DNA of 62,749 nt, filler included, from an uncultured virus (IMG/VR IMGVR_UViG_2061766007_002204) (9 parts of one record of this genome joined end to end with filler, not necessarily neighbours in it), one strand, 5' to 3'; shown: positions 12,031-23,661, numbered from the whole stretch's first letter. Translations and numbers: made by a program. Notes: generated by a model from the sequence alone, not told the origin.

Positions 12031-12432
12031 TTATCGTTGTTTAAGGTATTCCTCTATGATTTCCTTGAATTGTGCCAAACTACGGCACAAGCAATACTTG
12101 TATCCCTGGGCCTCCACCTGGGCCTGCCAGGCGACCTGGAACTGCGACTGACGGCCGTGCTCGTCCTTGTACTCGATGCAGAGGCCGTGGTACCGGCCAC
12201 GGGGGATCAGCATGATCGTGTCGGACACTCCGTGGTATACGCCCATCGCCTTCCGCTGTGCGCCGGTGATGAAATTCGAGTCGGATCTGGTGTTCTCGTT
12301 CGGGACGGCGAAATACAGACCACGATACTGCGGGTACGTGTTCCAGAAATACTGGTAGCACTCCGCCTGGATTCGTCCTTCCGGCATCGAGTGCCCCCTC
12401 TTCTTCGGCTGGGCCGGTGTCTCTACGATCAT
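12031..12432 (-). CDS. VRR-NUC domain nuclease
   Basis: EGRIQ...FAVPNE...GVSD...IEYK...QS..Q motifs. Confidence 0.85.
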   Translation of the reverse strand: MIVETPAQPKKRGHSMPEGRIQAECYQYFWNTYPQYRGLYFAVPNENTRSDSNFITGAQRKAMGVYHGVSDTIMLIPRGRYHGLCIEYKDEHGRQSQFQVAWQAQVEAQGYKYCLCRSLAQFKEIIEEYLKQR

Positions 12433-12872
12433 TCGTGCCAGCCGATCATCTCCTGGCCGGNNNNNNNNNNNNNNNNNNNNNNNNNNNNNNNNNNNNNNNN
12501 NNNNNNNNNNNNNNNNNNNNNNNNNNNNNNNNNNNNNNNNNNNNNNNNNNNNNNNNNNNNNNNNNNNNNNNNNNNNNNNNNNNNNNNNNNNNNNNNNNNN
12601 NNNNNNNNNNNNNNNNNNNNNNNNNNNNNNNNNNNNNNNNNNNNNNNNNNNNNNNNNNNNNNNNNNNNNNNNNNNNNNNNNNNNNNNNNNNNNNNNNNNN
12701 NNNNNNNNNNNNNNNNNNNNNNNNNNNNATACCAAACGGCCTTTTCAATGTCCTGTACCTCGGAATTACCGGCCTTTTCGCCAGCGCGCCAGATGTACTT
12801 AAACGCATTTATTTTGCAGAAATCCGCAACGGCGCTTGCGCCAAATGCAGATTCCATTGCGTCAATGCACTC
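12429..12872 (-). CDS. DUF3310 (SaV-like) protein, partial
   Basis: ECIDAM...FCKINAFKYIWRAGEK...QDIEKAVWY. Confidence 0.75.
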   Translation of the reverse strand, partial: ECIDAMESAFGASAVADFCKINAFKYIWRAGEKAGNSEVQDIEKAVWYXXXXXXXXXXXXXXXXXXXXXXXXXXXXXXXXXXXXXXXXXXXXXXXXXXXXXXXXXXXXXXXXXXXXXXXXXXXXXXXXXXXXXXXXXXGQEMIGWHE

Positions 12873-12975
12873 NNNNNNNNNNNNNNNNNNNNNNNNNNNN
12901 NNNNNNNNNNNNNNNNNNNNNNNNNNNNNNNNNNNNNNNNNNNNNNNNNNNNNNNNNNNNNNNNNNNNNNNNNNN

Positions 12976-14326
12976 GTGCGTAGTTCTCAGTATTTCAATC
13001 GCTTTCATAAACGACTCCTTCATGTTAGATGGATTTTTTTGACAAACATCACGGAGTATCCAGTCGTTCTTCCAACCGGCCAGCTTCTTCTCGGCAACAT
13101 ACTGCTCCAGGGTCTGCTCGTCCTGCTCCTTGTTGACGATCTCCTGCAGCTCGGCCCGGTACACCTCCTGCTCCGTCGGGAAATGGTACCCACAGAACTG
13201 GCAGTCCTTCCACGAGACCGGCACCAGACGGCCACATCCCTTACATTCCTTTGTCGGCGCCACGCCACCACCGGATCCTGTGTTGNNNNNNNNNNNNNNN
13301 NNNNNNNNNNNNNNNNNNNNNNNNAGGCGCTCGTAGTTCCGGCCAAAGTCCAGGCAGATGAACTCGCCGTTCTTGCCGTCGGCGATCCGGCTGGCCCGCC
13401 CGAGGCACTGAAGGTACTTCACCAGGGACGTCGTCGAGAACATCAGCATAACGACCTTGATGTCTGGGATGTCGATGCCGGTCGTGAAGAGGCCGAAATT
13501 CACGAGGACCGGGAACTCGCCACGGGCAAAGGCCTTCACGACGTCCTCACGCTCGCCGCTGTACTCCTCGTCCTCGTCGAAATCGCCGGACAGGCAGTAC
13601 CTGGCGNNNNNNNNNNNNNNNNNNNCTGGTCGGAGCTACAGCAGAACACGAGGCACTTTTCCCCAGGGCAGATCCTCTGATAGTTCTCCACGGCGCCCAC
13701 ATACCTCGCCCGGGACTTGAATTTCGACGCCATCTGGCCGAGGTTGTAGTCGCCACGGCCGGAGGACCACTCCACGTCGGCCAGGGACGGCGCGTCGAGG
13801 GAGNNNNNNNNNNNNNNNNNNNNNNNNNNNNNNNNNNNNNNNNNNNNNNACGGCACCGTAGTCGAGGCCCAGCTGGCGCATCTGACCGTAGCGGGCCGGT
13901 GAAGCGGATAGTCCCACGACGAATGCGCGGTCAACGCCTGGCTGTTCGAAGATGAAATCGAACTCGGCCCGGTGGCACTCGTCGAGGATGATGANNNNNN
14001 NNNNNNNNNNNNNNNNNNNNNNNNNNNNNNNNCCGAAGCGTCTGCGCCATCATGACACAGCACGGCTCCGACGGGATCTTCCTGGTCCTGGCATACACCT
14101 CTGCCGCGTCGGCGCCCCATTTCCTGGCATGGCCAGCGTCCTGCTTCAAGATCTCCTCGCCGTGCGCAAGGATGAGGACCTTGTACTTGGACATCTTCGC
14201 CATCGACCCGATAAGGACGCCCTTCCCGCTTCCGGTAGGGCTCTGGAGGATGATATGCCGGTGCTTCAGAAGCGCCTGGCGGGCCTCCGAGATGATGTCC
14301 GACTGGTATTTCCGTAGCTCGATCAT
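12976..14326 (-). CDS. SF2 (RadD-like) DNA helicase with Zn ribbon
   Basis: LRKYQ, SPTGSGKG, IILDECH, SAS, TTGIDIPD, QCLGRASR, CKGC...CQFC. Confidence 0.9.
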
Positions 14327-14572
14327 ACCTCTAGCTTGACCATCTTGACCAGGTGCCAGTAGGTACTCACGGAACCGAGCCTCGAAATCCAGATCGACTT
14401 GATCGTCTGGAACGGACACCCGTACTGCTCATTGCAGATGTCGTCCAGGCGCTCGTCGAAGGCTCCGTCGTCGTTGTTGTAGGTGGACTGGTACTCCAGG
14501 CGGCNNNNNNNNNNNNNNNNNNNNNNNNNNNNNNNNNNNCAGCTCCGCATACTTGCAGTTAATCCTGTACAT
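14323..14572 (-). CDS. Hypothetical protein
   Basis: ATG 14572, overlaps both neighbours. Confidence 0.5.
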
Positions 14573-14923
14573 CGTTATATATGACTAACAGACATTTTTC
14601 CTTGCTCAAAATCTCCTTGTCATGTCCCTCCAGGCGGGCATACCGAGAGTGGATCGCAAATGCGCGCTCCCACGTTATACCGTACCGCATCCGGCACAGA
14701 AAATCGCACACGGCGTCGCAGTCGATCAGCATCACCTTCTCGATCTCGACGTCCGGGCCGTTGAAAAATCGCAGGATGTCGCCCTTCTCCGCCGTAAGAA
14801 AAGACTTCGTCTTCTCGTAGTACTCACCGTACGGCAGGNNNNNNNNNNNNNNNNNNNNNNNNNNNNNNNNNNNTCCTCGTGCGAGGGCTTAAATATCCTC
14901 TTCTTCCTCTGTTCCTGTGACAT
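14559..14923 (-). CDS. Hypothetical protein
   Basis: MSQEQRKK...LPYGEYYEK...VIYNDVQD. Confidence 0.55.
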
Positions 14924-15638
14924 ATCTTCGGCTCAAATCAAACAGTGCGTGGATGAAACTTGACATGGAGGCCTCCGACACCTCTACGGTGCCTGGCTCC
15001 AGGCGCCGGAACTCATACTCGAACGTGTGCAGGTATGAGATGATGTCGGTCCTGGTCATCGTCTTTATCGGCGCGTTGGGGTCCCAGTGCCCCTTACCGG
15101 CCTGCTTGAACATGGCGATCCGGCCGGGATTNNNNNNNNNNNNNNNNNNNNNNNNNNNNNNNNNNNNNNNNNNNNNNNNNNNNNNNNNNNNNNNNNNNNN
15201 NNNNNNNNNNNNNNNNNNNNNNNNNNNNNNNNNNNNNNNNNNNNNNNNNNNNNNNNNNNNNNNNNNNNNNNNNNNNNGCGAGTGTACCGAACGTCCAGTC
15301 GGCGGACTTGCGGTCGTAGAAATCCCGCGCATCCATGTCGTTGCCGAACTCCGCCGCCTCAATGACACCGCGCTGGAAGCACATGTACATGAAGCGGATC
15401 GCCCTCGGGGCCGTGGATCTTGTCAAAAGGCTGTTCATTTCNNNNNNNNNNNNNNNNNNNNNNNNNNNNNNNNNNNNNNNNNNNNNNNNNNNNNNNNNNN
15501 NNNNNTAGAGATAGGTGCCCAGAGAGCAGGCCGTCATCTTCTTGACGACGAGCTCCCCGGACACCTCGTGCAATACGGCGAGTGCGTTACCGTGCTCGTC
15601 GCGGACAACGCACCCNNNNNNNNNNNNNNNGTGGCCAT
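14889..15638 (-). CDS. Hypothetical protein (gapped)
   Basis: Open frames across gaps within the operon. Confidence 0.45.
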
Positions 15639-16308
15639 CACTCCTTCACGAGCTTGCCGTCCTTCACGCTCCACTCTCCCTTCTTGAAATCGGACGGATT
15701 GACGTGCGAGTCGATCATCGCGTCGAAGATGACGATGCGGTTGCGCATGTCGGCGATCGACGCCTCAAAGTCCTTCCGGGCGAACTTGAACACCAGGCCG
15801 CGCCAGGGGGCCAGCGGGGAGTCCGTGTCCCTCATGATGTCGTCGTCCTGGTAGATGTACTTCACCAGCCAGATCTCCTGCACCTTCTGGTTCGAGATGA
15901 ACTGACCGAGGATCTGGTCGCCGTGGTCTCCCCAAACAGCGAGCTTCTTCTCCTCGTAGGACGTGTCCTCGTCACCGAAGAACTCGATCGCCGTGTTGCC
16001 CACGAGCGTCTTGAACTCGAGCACGATGGACTCGTCCGGGACNNNNNNNNNNNNNNNNNNNNNNNNNNNNNNNNNNNNNNNNNNNNNNNNNNNNNNNNNN
16101 NNNNNNNNNNNNNNNNNNNNNNNNNNNNNNNNNNNNNNNNNNNNNNNNNNNNNNNNNNNNNNNNNNNNNNNNNNNNNNNNNNNNGCTTCGAGCGGATGTA
16201 CGACAAATTGCCGTCGATGATCTTGCCGCTCTTGCTCGTGATCTGGCCAAGCTCGCTGGCCGTGATCAGCCCCAGACGCTTCTGGAGCCATCTTTCTTCT
16301 CTGTCCAT
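15638..16308 (-). CDS. YqaJ/lambda-exonuclease family protein
   Basis: WLQKRLGLITASE and downstream LEFK motif. Confidence 0.75.
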
Positions 16309-16319
16309 ATGTTGATAGG

Positions 16320-16838
16320 TTAAGGTAAATCTTCGATTCCGTCCATGATGGCCAGCTTCACGGCGTCAGATGCGAAATCGTACGTCTCCGCCACCTTCTC
16401 GATGGTGTACCCGTTCTTGATGGCCCAGTCCACGATGACCTTCACCTGGTCCTCCTGGATCACCTTCTTCTGCTTCTTCGGCGCGGGCGACGGAGCNNNN
16501 NNNNNNNNNNNNNNNNNNNNNNNNNNNNNNNNNNNNNNNNNNNNNNNNNNNNNNNNNNNNTCGAGACGGGCCAGGTAGCCGTCGCACTCCGGGTACATCT
16601 TGTACAGACGCTTCCGGTTCGTCGCGTTGAGGATGAGAGGAAGGTTGGTGTACGGATTCGGCGCGAAATGCGCGACCCAGACACCCTCTTCCTTCCTGCC
16701 ATTGATCATTTCGCTCTCCTTGTACTCAATACGAGCAATGATAATTCTCTCGACGTCCTTCCCACCAGGAAGAACCTCGACACCACAGTGGGTCAAGCGA
16801 CCGCCCACGCGGTAGTGAATGTTCCTTTGATCTTCCAT
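16320..16838 (-). CDS. Putative ssDNA-binding/annealing protein
   Basis: PLILNATNRKRL motif; adjacent to exonuclease. Confidence 0.45.
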   Translation of the reverse strand: MEDQRNIHYRVGGRLTHCGVEVLPGGKDVERIIIARIEYKESEMINGRKEEGVWVAHFAPNPYTNLPLILNATNRKRLYKMYPECDGYLARLXXXXXXXXXXXXXXXXXXXXXXAPSPAPKKQKKVIQEDQVKVIVDWAIKNGYTIEKVAETYDFASDAVKLAIMDGIEDLP

Positions 16839-16859
16839 GACATTAAAAATAGGTAATAA

Positions 16860-17713
16860 TTACGCTTCAAATTTTATACCAAAATACGCCTCCATGTAGG
16901 CTTTCGGATCGACTCTGTTCTCGGGGAAAAGCTGTCCTTCTCCGGTCAGCATCTGGTACTCCCAGTCAGACTTGCAGAACAGATAGTAGAAGAACGCGTT
17001 GTAGGCGCTCCCGTCGATTCGACGGGCCCAGCCGGACTTCGGATGCTTGTCCAGGAACTTNNNNNNNNNNNNNNNNNNNNNNNNNNNNNNNNNNNNNNNN
17101 NNNNNNNNNNNNNNNNNNNNNCGCGAGCCCGTTGTCGGACTTCAGCGGGCATCCGACGCATCCCAGGCGCCTCTCGACGTGGAAAGCGCCCTCGGAATCG
17201 TAGTAGCAAGGTGCGCATTTCAGTCCGCGCTCTTTTATGAACCTGTCTACATCTTCATCGGTCCACTCCAGGATCGGGAAATACTGCCTCACCTTGCCAC
17301 CGTTCCGTGGAAACACCCTGCAGTTCTCCGGCTCCTTNNNNNNNNNNNNNNNNNNNNNNNNNNNNNNNNNNNNNNNNNNNNNNNNNNNNNNNNNNNNNNN
17401 NNNNNNNNNNNNNNNTCGCAGCAGAACCTCTTGAACCGCGACGGGTTGCCTTTCCGCTCGATCAGCTGGAAAAACGTCTCCTTCGGCCTCCGGATCTCGA
17501 CGCCCATCTCCTTCACGTGGGCCGTAGTCCCCGGCGGATCGATGCTCGTCTGCTTGTAGATCGGCACCACCGGCACACCGGNNNNNNNNNNNNNNNNNNN
17601 NNNNNNNNNNNNNNNNNNNNNNNNNNNNNNNNNNNNNNNNNNNNNNNNCCGTCCTGCGGTATGCTCTGGATCAGCTTAATCGCTGATTCCAGCTTTTTCT
17701 CGTAAGTCAGCAT
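16860..17713 (-). CDS. Phosphoadenosine phosphosulfate reductase-like protein
   Basis: TSIDPPGT, RFCC, PILEWT, RLGCVGCP motifs (PP-loop presumably in gap). Confidence 0.85.
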
Positions 17714-17917
17714 TTTCCTTCATCAGTTTGATGACACGCGTCCAGATTTCGTTAGCAAAATCGTGGTGCAACGGCAGGNNNNNNNNNNNNNNNNNNNNNN
17801 NNNNNNNNNNNNNNNNNNNNNNNNNNNNNNNNNNNNNNNNNNNAAAAGCGGTCATATTCATCGATATCTCTCTGTAGCTCGCACACCTTCTCCACCAGGG
17901 ACATGCGCACGGCCTTC

Positions 17918-18433
17918 TTAACGACCCTCTTTTTCATCTTCTTCCCTCTTCAGAGCGTTCTTGAACCTCTTCTCGGTCTCACGGTCGGCCTTCCGGCGGT
18001 ACCGGCGGGGCATCGTGGCCCTCTCGTGGACCGCAATCTCCTCCTCGATGGCCATTTTCTCCTCGGTCTCGTTCTCCACGACCGGATTCTGCTTCTCGAT
18101 TCGCTTCGAATACTTCCGGACGGCCTTCTGGACGTCGTCGGCGAAGCCCTGGTCGGTCGTCAGAAGCATCCCGACCATGTACATCGTCTGGCAGAACCCC
18201 TCGATGTTCACGTCGTCCTTCCCGGCGATCAGATACCCGTACGGATGCTCCGCCGCCGTGAATCTGGCCTTGAAATTTCCGCTCAACGTCGAAATTTCGA
18301 GCCAAAAGCGCCTAAAAACCCACTTGAAACCGCCTTTTTCGCCGACCCGGACCTTCCGGTTGCGGACGTGGAAAAGCCACCACATAACAAATTTGTTACT
18401 CATATCGCTATCGATCTTTGAAATTTTTGCCAA
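17918..18433 (-). CDS. Hypothetical protein
   Basis: Intact 171-aa ORF in operon. Confidence 0.6.
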   Translation of the reverse strand: MAKISKIDSDMSNKFVMWWLFHVRNRKVRVGEKGGFKWVFRRFWLEISTLSGNFKARFTAAEHPYGYLIAGKDDVNIEGFCQTMYMVGMLLTTDQGFADDVQKAVRKYSKRIEKQNPVVENETEEKMAIEEEIAVHERATMPRRYRRKADRETEKRFKNALKREEDEKEGR

Positions 18434-19013
18434 ATTACCGTCTCTTCCTTATACATTGAAGGGCTCTTGAGCATCTGCTCGANNNNNNNNNNNNNNNNNN
18501 NNNNNNNNNNNNNNNNNNNNNNNNNNNNNNNNNNNNNNNNNNNNNNNNNNNNNNNNNNNNNNNNNNNNNNNNNNNNNNNNNNNNNNNNNNNNNNNNNNNN
18601 NNNNNNNNNNNNNNNNNNNNNNNNNNNNNNNNNNNNNNNNNNNNNNNNNNNNNNNNNNNNNNNNNNNNNNNNNNNNNNNNNNNNNNNNNNNNNNNNNNNN
18701 NNNNNNNNNNNNNNNNNNNNNNNNNNNNNNNNNNNNNNNNNNNNNNNNNNNNNNNNNNNNNNNNNNNNNNNNNNNNNNNNNNNNNNNNNNNNNNNNNNNN
18801 NNNNNNNNNNNNNNNNNNNNNNNNNNNNNNNNNNNNNNNNNNNNNNNNNNNNNNNNNNNNNNNNNNNNNNNNNNNNNNNNNNNNNNNNNNNNNNNNNNNN
18901 NNNNNNNNNNNNNNNNNNNNNNNNNNNNNNNNNNNNNNNNNNNNNNNNNNNCGCACATTTCGCAGTGCCGCTCGCCTTCGTTTACGTTCCAGATGCACAT
19001 ACCTTATTTAGAA

Positions 19014-19905
19014 TTATTCAATTTTAGCCTCTTCTCCACCACCATGTCGCCGATGTCCGCGTGGTCCGGGATCTGGTCCGCCGGAACGCCCCACTTCTCC
19101 CACCAACGGAAGACCTCGCCCTTCTCCTCCCACTCCATCCTGGCGNNNNNNNNNNNNNNNNNNNNNCCCGGAGATTCCCCTTACCTCCCGTCGCCAGGAA
19201 CCTTCTCCCGTAGTAGAGATACCCAAGGAGAGCCGTCTTTTCGGACTCGACAATGAAGGACTTTCTTCCGTCCCCGGCCACATTGGCGCCAAAAAAGCAT
19301 CGGCCGGAGTACCCATCGGCAACCCTGTACTGTCTGCCAGGGAAGAAAGACTTGTCACGGTGCCCGTCTTCCTTGTACAGAATCCTCTTGTCATACAGCA
19401 CCCTTCCGTCCTGGTCCACGTACCAGAACACCGCATTTCCGTGCGAATCGGTTGTCACATTGTACCGGTCCCAGGCCTCACGGACCTTCTCCTCCGGGAA
19501 CAGCGTGCACATCCATCTGAACAGCGAGCACTTCTCCAGGTCGTACTGCCTCGCGCCCTGCAGAGCAGCCGGATCGACGTACCTCATCTTCGGCACGGCC
19601 TTCTCGCGGACTTCCCGGTTCCACACGATCGCCTGGCTCTCGCCGTTGATCATCTTCAGCGCTTCCCTGTAGTCAGCCGCGCCNNNNNNNNNNNNNNNNN
19701 NNNNNNNNNNNNNNNNNNNNNCGCTCCCCTTGCCGATGAACACCTTCAGCTTGTCCTTCCGGAACGCATGCCGGTCGCCGTTCAAGTAATATCCGCCCTG
19801 CAGGCCGGAGCCGTGCTTCTCGAGCTCCATGCCCATCAGCTTCGGCGCGTTCCGCAGCGCCGCCACCGGGTCATACTGACCTCTGAACCTGTCTTCCTTT
19901 CCCAT
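19014..19905 (-). CDS. DUF6371/Toprim-like primase-related protein
   Basis: VFWYVDQDG, CFFG, IVESEKTAL, LATGG motifs. Confidence 0.75.
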
Positions 19906-19908
19906 ATC

Positions 19909-21360
19909 CTAGAACGGCAAATCGCTGTCGGCCACCGGAGTGTACCCCGCGTCCGGATCCTCCTCCTTCTTCTCCACCTCGGTCGCCCTTACTTCCATAT
20001 AATACCATACGCCGTCGCCACGGCGCTTGCAGACGCAGCCCATCTTCTTGAAGGCCTCCGTCACGGCGCTCCGCGACCTCGGGGTCTCGCCCCAGTCCTG
20101 GCAGTACTTGATGTACTCCTGCACCCACTCCTTGAGGCTCTTCCATCCGGGGGCCCTCNNNNNNNNNNNNNNNNNNAGATCCACCGCCGGAGCGAATTCG
20201 AATTCTCCTTCATCTCCTCCACGATGTCCTTCACGCTCGACGACACCTCGATCTTGCCGCCGTTCTTCACGAAGCTCCGGTAGCCGTCGAACATCCAGTT
20301 GAAGATCGCCGCCCGGACGTCGTCCGCCATCAGCTTCTTCTCGAGGGTCACGTCCTTNNNNNNNNNNNNNNNNNNNNNNNNNNNNNNNNNNNNNNNNNNN
20401 NNNNNNNNNNNNNNNNNNNNNNNNNNNNNNNNNNNNNNNNNNNNNNNNNNNNNNNNNNNNNNNNNNNNNNNNNNNNNNNNNNNNNNGTGAACTCACCTCC
20501 GGACACGAACGCCTTGAAATCGCCGCCGGAGAAATCCTTCTTCGACACGTCGTCGCAGTAGTTCACCACCTTCCCGTTCACGTCGGCCAGGTGGTACTCC
20601 GCCTGGTTCCCGCCGCGGAACAGCTGCTCCGGGCTGTAGCTGCTCGCCACCGACCGNNNNNNNNNNNNNNNCGAGCATGTTGATCACCGCCTTGCAGATG
20701 ATGCTCTTTCCGTTCTGGCCCTCACCCACAACAAAGCAGATGTACTCGATCTTGTATTCCGAGCGTTTAGCGAGGAAGCAGCCGCAAAACTGGTGGAACG
20801 TCTCCCGCATGCCCTCGTCCGGGACCGTCTGCGCCAGAACCTTGTCCCACAGCGCTGACCGAAGGCCCGGGGCGTAGTCGAAATCCAGGACCACGTCCGT
20901 CTTGTACTTCACGTCGAAATCGTTCAGCCTGCCGGTCTCGCAGTCGAACACCCCGTTGCGGAAGCACACGTACCTCCGGTCCGGCTCGAAATGGCACCTC
21001 TCGTCGGCCTTCAGCTTGTTCATGCAGAAATCCTTGATGCGCTCCGCAGAGTTGGCCTGGTACACGAGGCCCACGTGCATCNNNNNNNNNNNNNNNNNNN
21101 NNNNNNNNTCCGTCAGCATCTCGTCCTTCACCACCTCGTAGTACCTCCCGTTGAACACGAACAGCTGATCGTCGGCGTCCATCTTGAAGAAATCGCATCC
21201 CTCGTCGCCATCCACCCCGCAGATGTACCGCCGGAAAGCCATCGACATCGACGCCTCCGACAACTTGTTGATGCTCTGGTCCGACGACCCGGTCCCGTCT
21301 ATCGNNNNNNNNNNNNNNNNNNNNNNNNNNNNNNNNNNNNNNNNNNNNNNNNNNNNNNAT
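19909..21360 (-). CDS. P4/D5-like SF3 helicase (primase-helicase C-terminal domains)
   Basis: FRNGVFD, GEGQNGKS Walker A, NYCDD Walker B, wHTH-like C-terminus; start inferred at gap edge. Confidence 0.85.
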
Positions 21361-21406
21361 AGTCTACTATGTAATCAAATCTCACTGAATAAAGCGGTTT
21401 TTCAGT

Positions 21407-21469
21407 AAAAAGCCAGGACGGGCGGGGCCTCTCCGAAGAGAGGTGGGTACCCCCCGCTCACATCCTGGC
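21407..21469 (-). ncRNA. Structured leader/terminator RNA upstream of helicase
   Basis: GCCAGGAUG/CGUCCUGGC, GCGGGG/CCCCGC, CCUCUC-UUCG-GAGAGG, followed by U5. Confidence 0.6.
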
Positions 21470-21632
21470 GTCACATTCCTTTCGANNNNNNNNNNNNNNN
21501 NNNNNNNNNNNNNNNNNNNNNNNNNNNNNTTAATTAATTAANNNNNNNNNNNNNNNNNNNNNNNNNNNNNNNNNNNNNNNNNNNNCGAACCGCTCGACCA
21601 GGTATTCTTGAAGTTCACCGTGCTCCATACCG

Positions 21633-21870
21633 CTATGACATGTTAAGATCCTGCAAATACCATCCGACGGTCAGGTCCCGGACCTCGTCGTACTCCGCGG
21701 CCGAGATCCTCCTGGCCGGGTTGCCGAATTCGACGAATCCGCCCTTGCTGTTGACGTTGGCCAGGACCCACTCGTCCTTCCTCTTTATATGCAGCGCGTA
21801 CACGCGCTCGACCCTCCGGACCACCCATCCGCACGTCTCCCGCACGTCTATCGTCGCCGCCGAGAGGCTC
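21633..21870 (-). CDS. Hypothetical protein (start in gap)
   Basis: Open frame ending ...GWYLQDLNMS. Confidence 0.5.
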
Positions 21871-21976
21871 NNNNNNNNNNNNNNNNNNNNNNNNNNNNNN
21901 NNNNNNNNNNNNNNNNNNNNNNNNNNNNNNNNNNNNNNNNNNNNNNNNNTGTTAGAAATTTCTTAAATACCGACGG

Positions 21977-21984
21977 CAAATATA
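21977..21984 (-). promoter_or_regulatory. Bacteroidota -7 promoter TATATTTG (replication operon)
   Basis: TATATTTGC at head of minus-strand operon. Confidence 0.65.
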
Positions 21985-22023
21985 AAGTCAATTTTTCCAA
22001 AAAACAAGCGATTTTCGAAAAAA

Positions 22024-22333
22024 TGTAGCTCCAGTGTAGAAACTACATCGACAACTACATCGCGAAACGCACTGTCGGTCAGCAAGTTAGACCTTTCAGT
22101 GTAGATCAGTGTAGTTGAAATCCCTTCCTTTTTCTGTACGATACTCTATCAAAATTTATTCATACAAGAGCATCTCCTTTATTACATACCTAACTACACA
22201 ACTACACAAGAACACATAAACATACTTATATAGAATAAGTTACGCAGTGTAGATNNNNNNNNNNNNNNNNNNNNNNNNATGTAACAACATTGTTATACAC
22301 TGACGACCAAATTCGGCCTCCCAGCGCACTACA
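22024..22333. repeat. Iteron-like CAGTGTAG/AACTACA repeats, probable replication origin
   Basis: About 10 copies in both orientations in a non-coding AT-rich region. Confidence 0.65.
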
Positions 22334-22973
22334 GGGCACATTTGGCACACGTTTCGATTCTGCAAGCTCAAAAAAAATTTCAAAAAAAATTTCAGAATCG
22401 CACTCCGGCGTGCACCATCGGCCGTCGGCTGATACCTCGGTACCCTTTGGAGCCCGACTAGCACCTGGAGGCCGCCAGGGGCCTTTACGCACAATATAGC
22501 TACGCTATATTGGTGAGTATCAATGACTTACAAAATCGATACGTCGGACTCCCTTACGCAATTTAGAATTTTTCCAAATTAGAATTTTTCGGCTTGTGCC
22601 AAAAGGTGGCACAAGGTCGGCCACCAGCCCACGCGTGTATGTATATGCGCCCCTGCGAACGACGCGCGCCTGTTCCTGGAGTCTTTCGCGGGTGCGTGCG
22701 CGTTGGCTACTATAAGATCGTATGCGCGGAAATTAGAAGACGCCGGTGTGCACACACGAAACTGACGGGGACGCGCAGGNNNNNNNNNNNNNNNNNNNNN
22801 NNNNNNNNNNNNNNNNNNNNNNNTTAATTAATTAANNNNNNNNNNNNNNNNNNNNNNNNNNNNNNNNNNNNNNNNNNNNATGGACGAGTTGGCCCTGGTG
22901 AATTTCCCCGGGCTCCTCGTGAGATTCGGAAGCGTTTTAGTAAGGGAGTATAACGAGTAAAACGGAACGACTT

Positions 22974-23393
22974 ATGAGCGATGATCTTTTAGGGGACGGC
23001 ACGCATTTCTTCAGCGGTGTCGCCATGGTGGACGTTCCGGTCGGATGGCCGGAGGACAACGAGTTCGCCGAGGGTGTTGTGATGACGATTGACGGCAACG
23101 ACTGGCTGGCCTACACAGATCCNNNNNNNNNNNNNNNNNNNNNCGGCTGTTTGGTTATGTGCAACGGCAAGTACAGGGTTCCGCAGTTCCCGGCCCAGGT
23201 GGTCCATATCAAGAACTACAGCGAGGACGGGATGGACGACAGCGGGTGGCCGAGGGTGTACGACAAGATGGTCATGACCGGACGGAACGGACGTTTGATT
23301 CTTGAGATCGGGACCGACCACAGCGACTCGTGGTATCCGTGTTCGCTGTTCTACTACAATCCGGCGAACCTGCCGATTAACGAAGGGAGGTAG
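22974..23393 (+). CDS. Hypothetical protein
   Basis: 139-aa ORF, ends EIGTDHSDSWYPC. Confidence 0.65.
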   Translation: MSDDLLGDGTHFFSGVAMVDVPVGWPEDNEFAEGVVMTIDGNDWLAYTDXXXXXXXXGCLVMCNGKYRVPQFPAQVVHIKNYSEDGMDDSGWPRVYDKMVMTGRNGRLILEIGTDHSDSWYPCSLFYYNPANLPINEGR

Positions 23394-23394
23394 C

Positions 23395-23661
23395 ATGAGA
23401 CACTGCGTATTCGGAGCGTCGGTCACGTATGGAAAGCTGATCGACGAGGTTTTCGACCTGGCCAGGATGTTGGAGGGCCGGTGGGACGTCGAGCACGACG
23501 TCGTACTGTGTGCCTTCCACAGCAATATCGTATACACGAAGGACGACTTAAATGCCGAAGTGTATCTTGAGAACGACGACGTCCACCAGCTGATAACGGA
23601 CTGCATGGAGTTCGCCGTGGAATATTCGCAACTCAAAAACAAGATTGGAAAATGCATCTAG
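23395..23661 (+). CDS. Hypothetical protein
   Basis: ATG 23395, coupled to neighbours. Confidence 0.55.
   Translation: MRHCVFGASVTYGKLIDEVFDLARMLEGRWDVEHDVVLCAFHSNIVYTKDDLNAEVYLENDDVHQLITDCMEFAVEYSQLKNKIGKCI

Noticed and set aside
11890..13680. Long plus-strand ORFs (also 4836-5807, 48079-50184)
   Set aside because: Antisense shadows of real minus-strand genes, lengthened by N runs.
7713..21360. Apparent frameshifts or pseudogenes in portal, terL, helicases and PAPS-like gene
   Set aside because: Every frame change coincides with an N gap of imprecise length.
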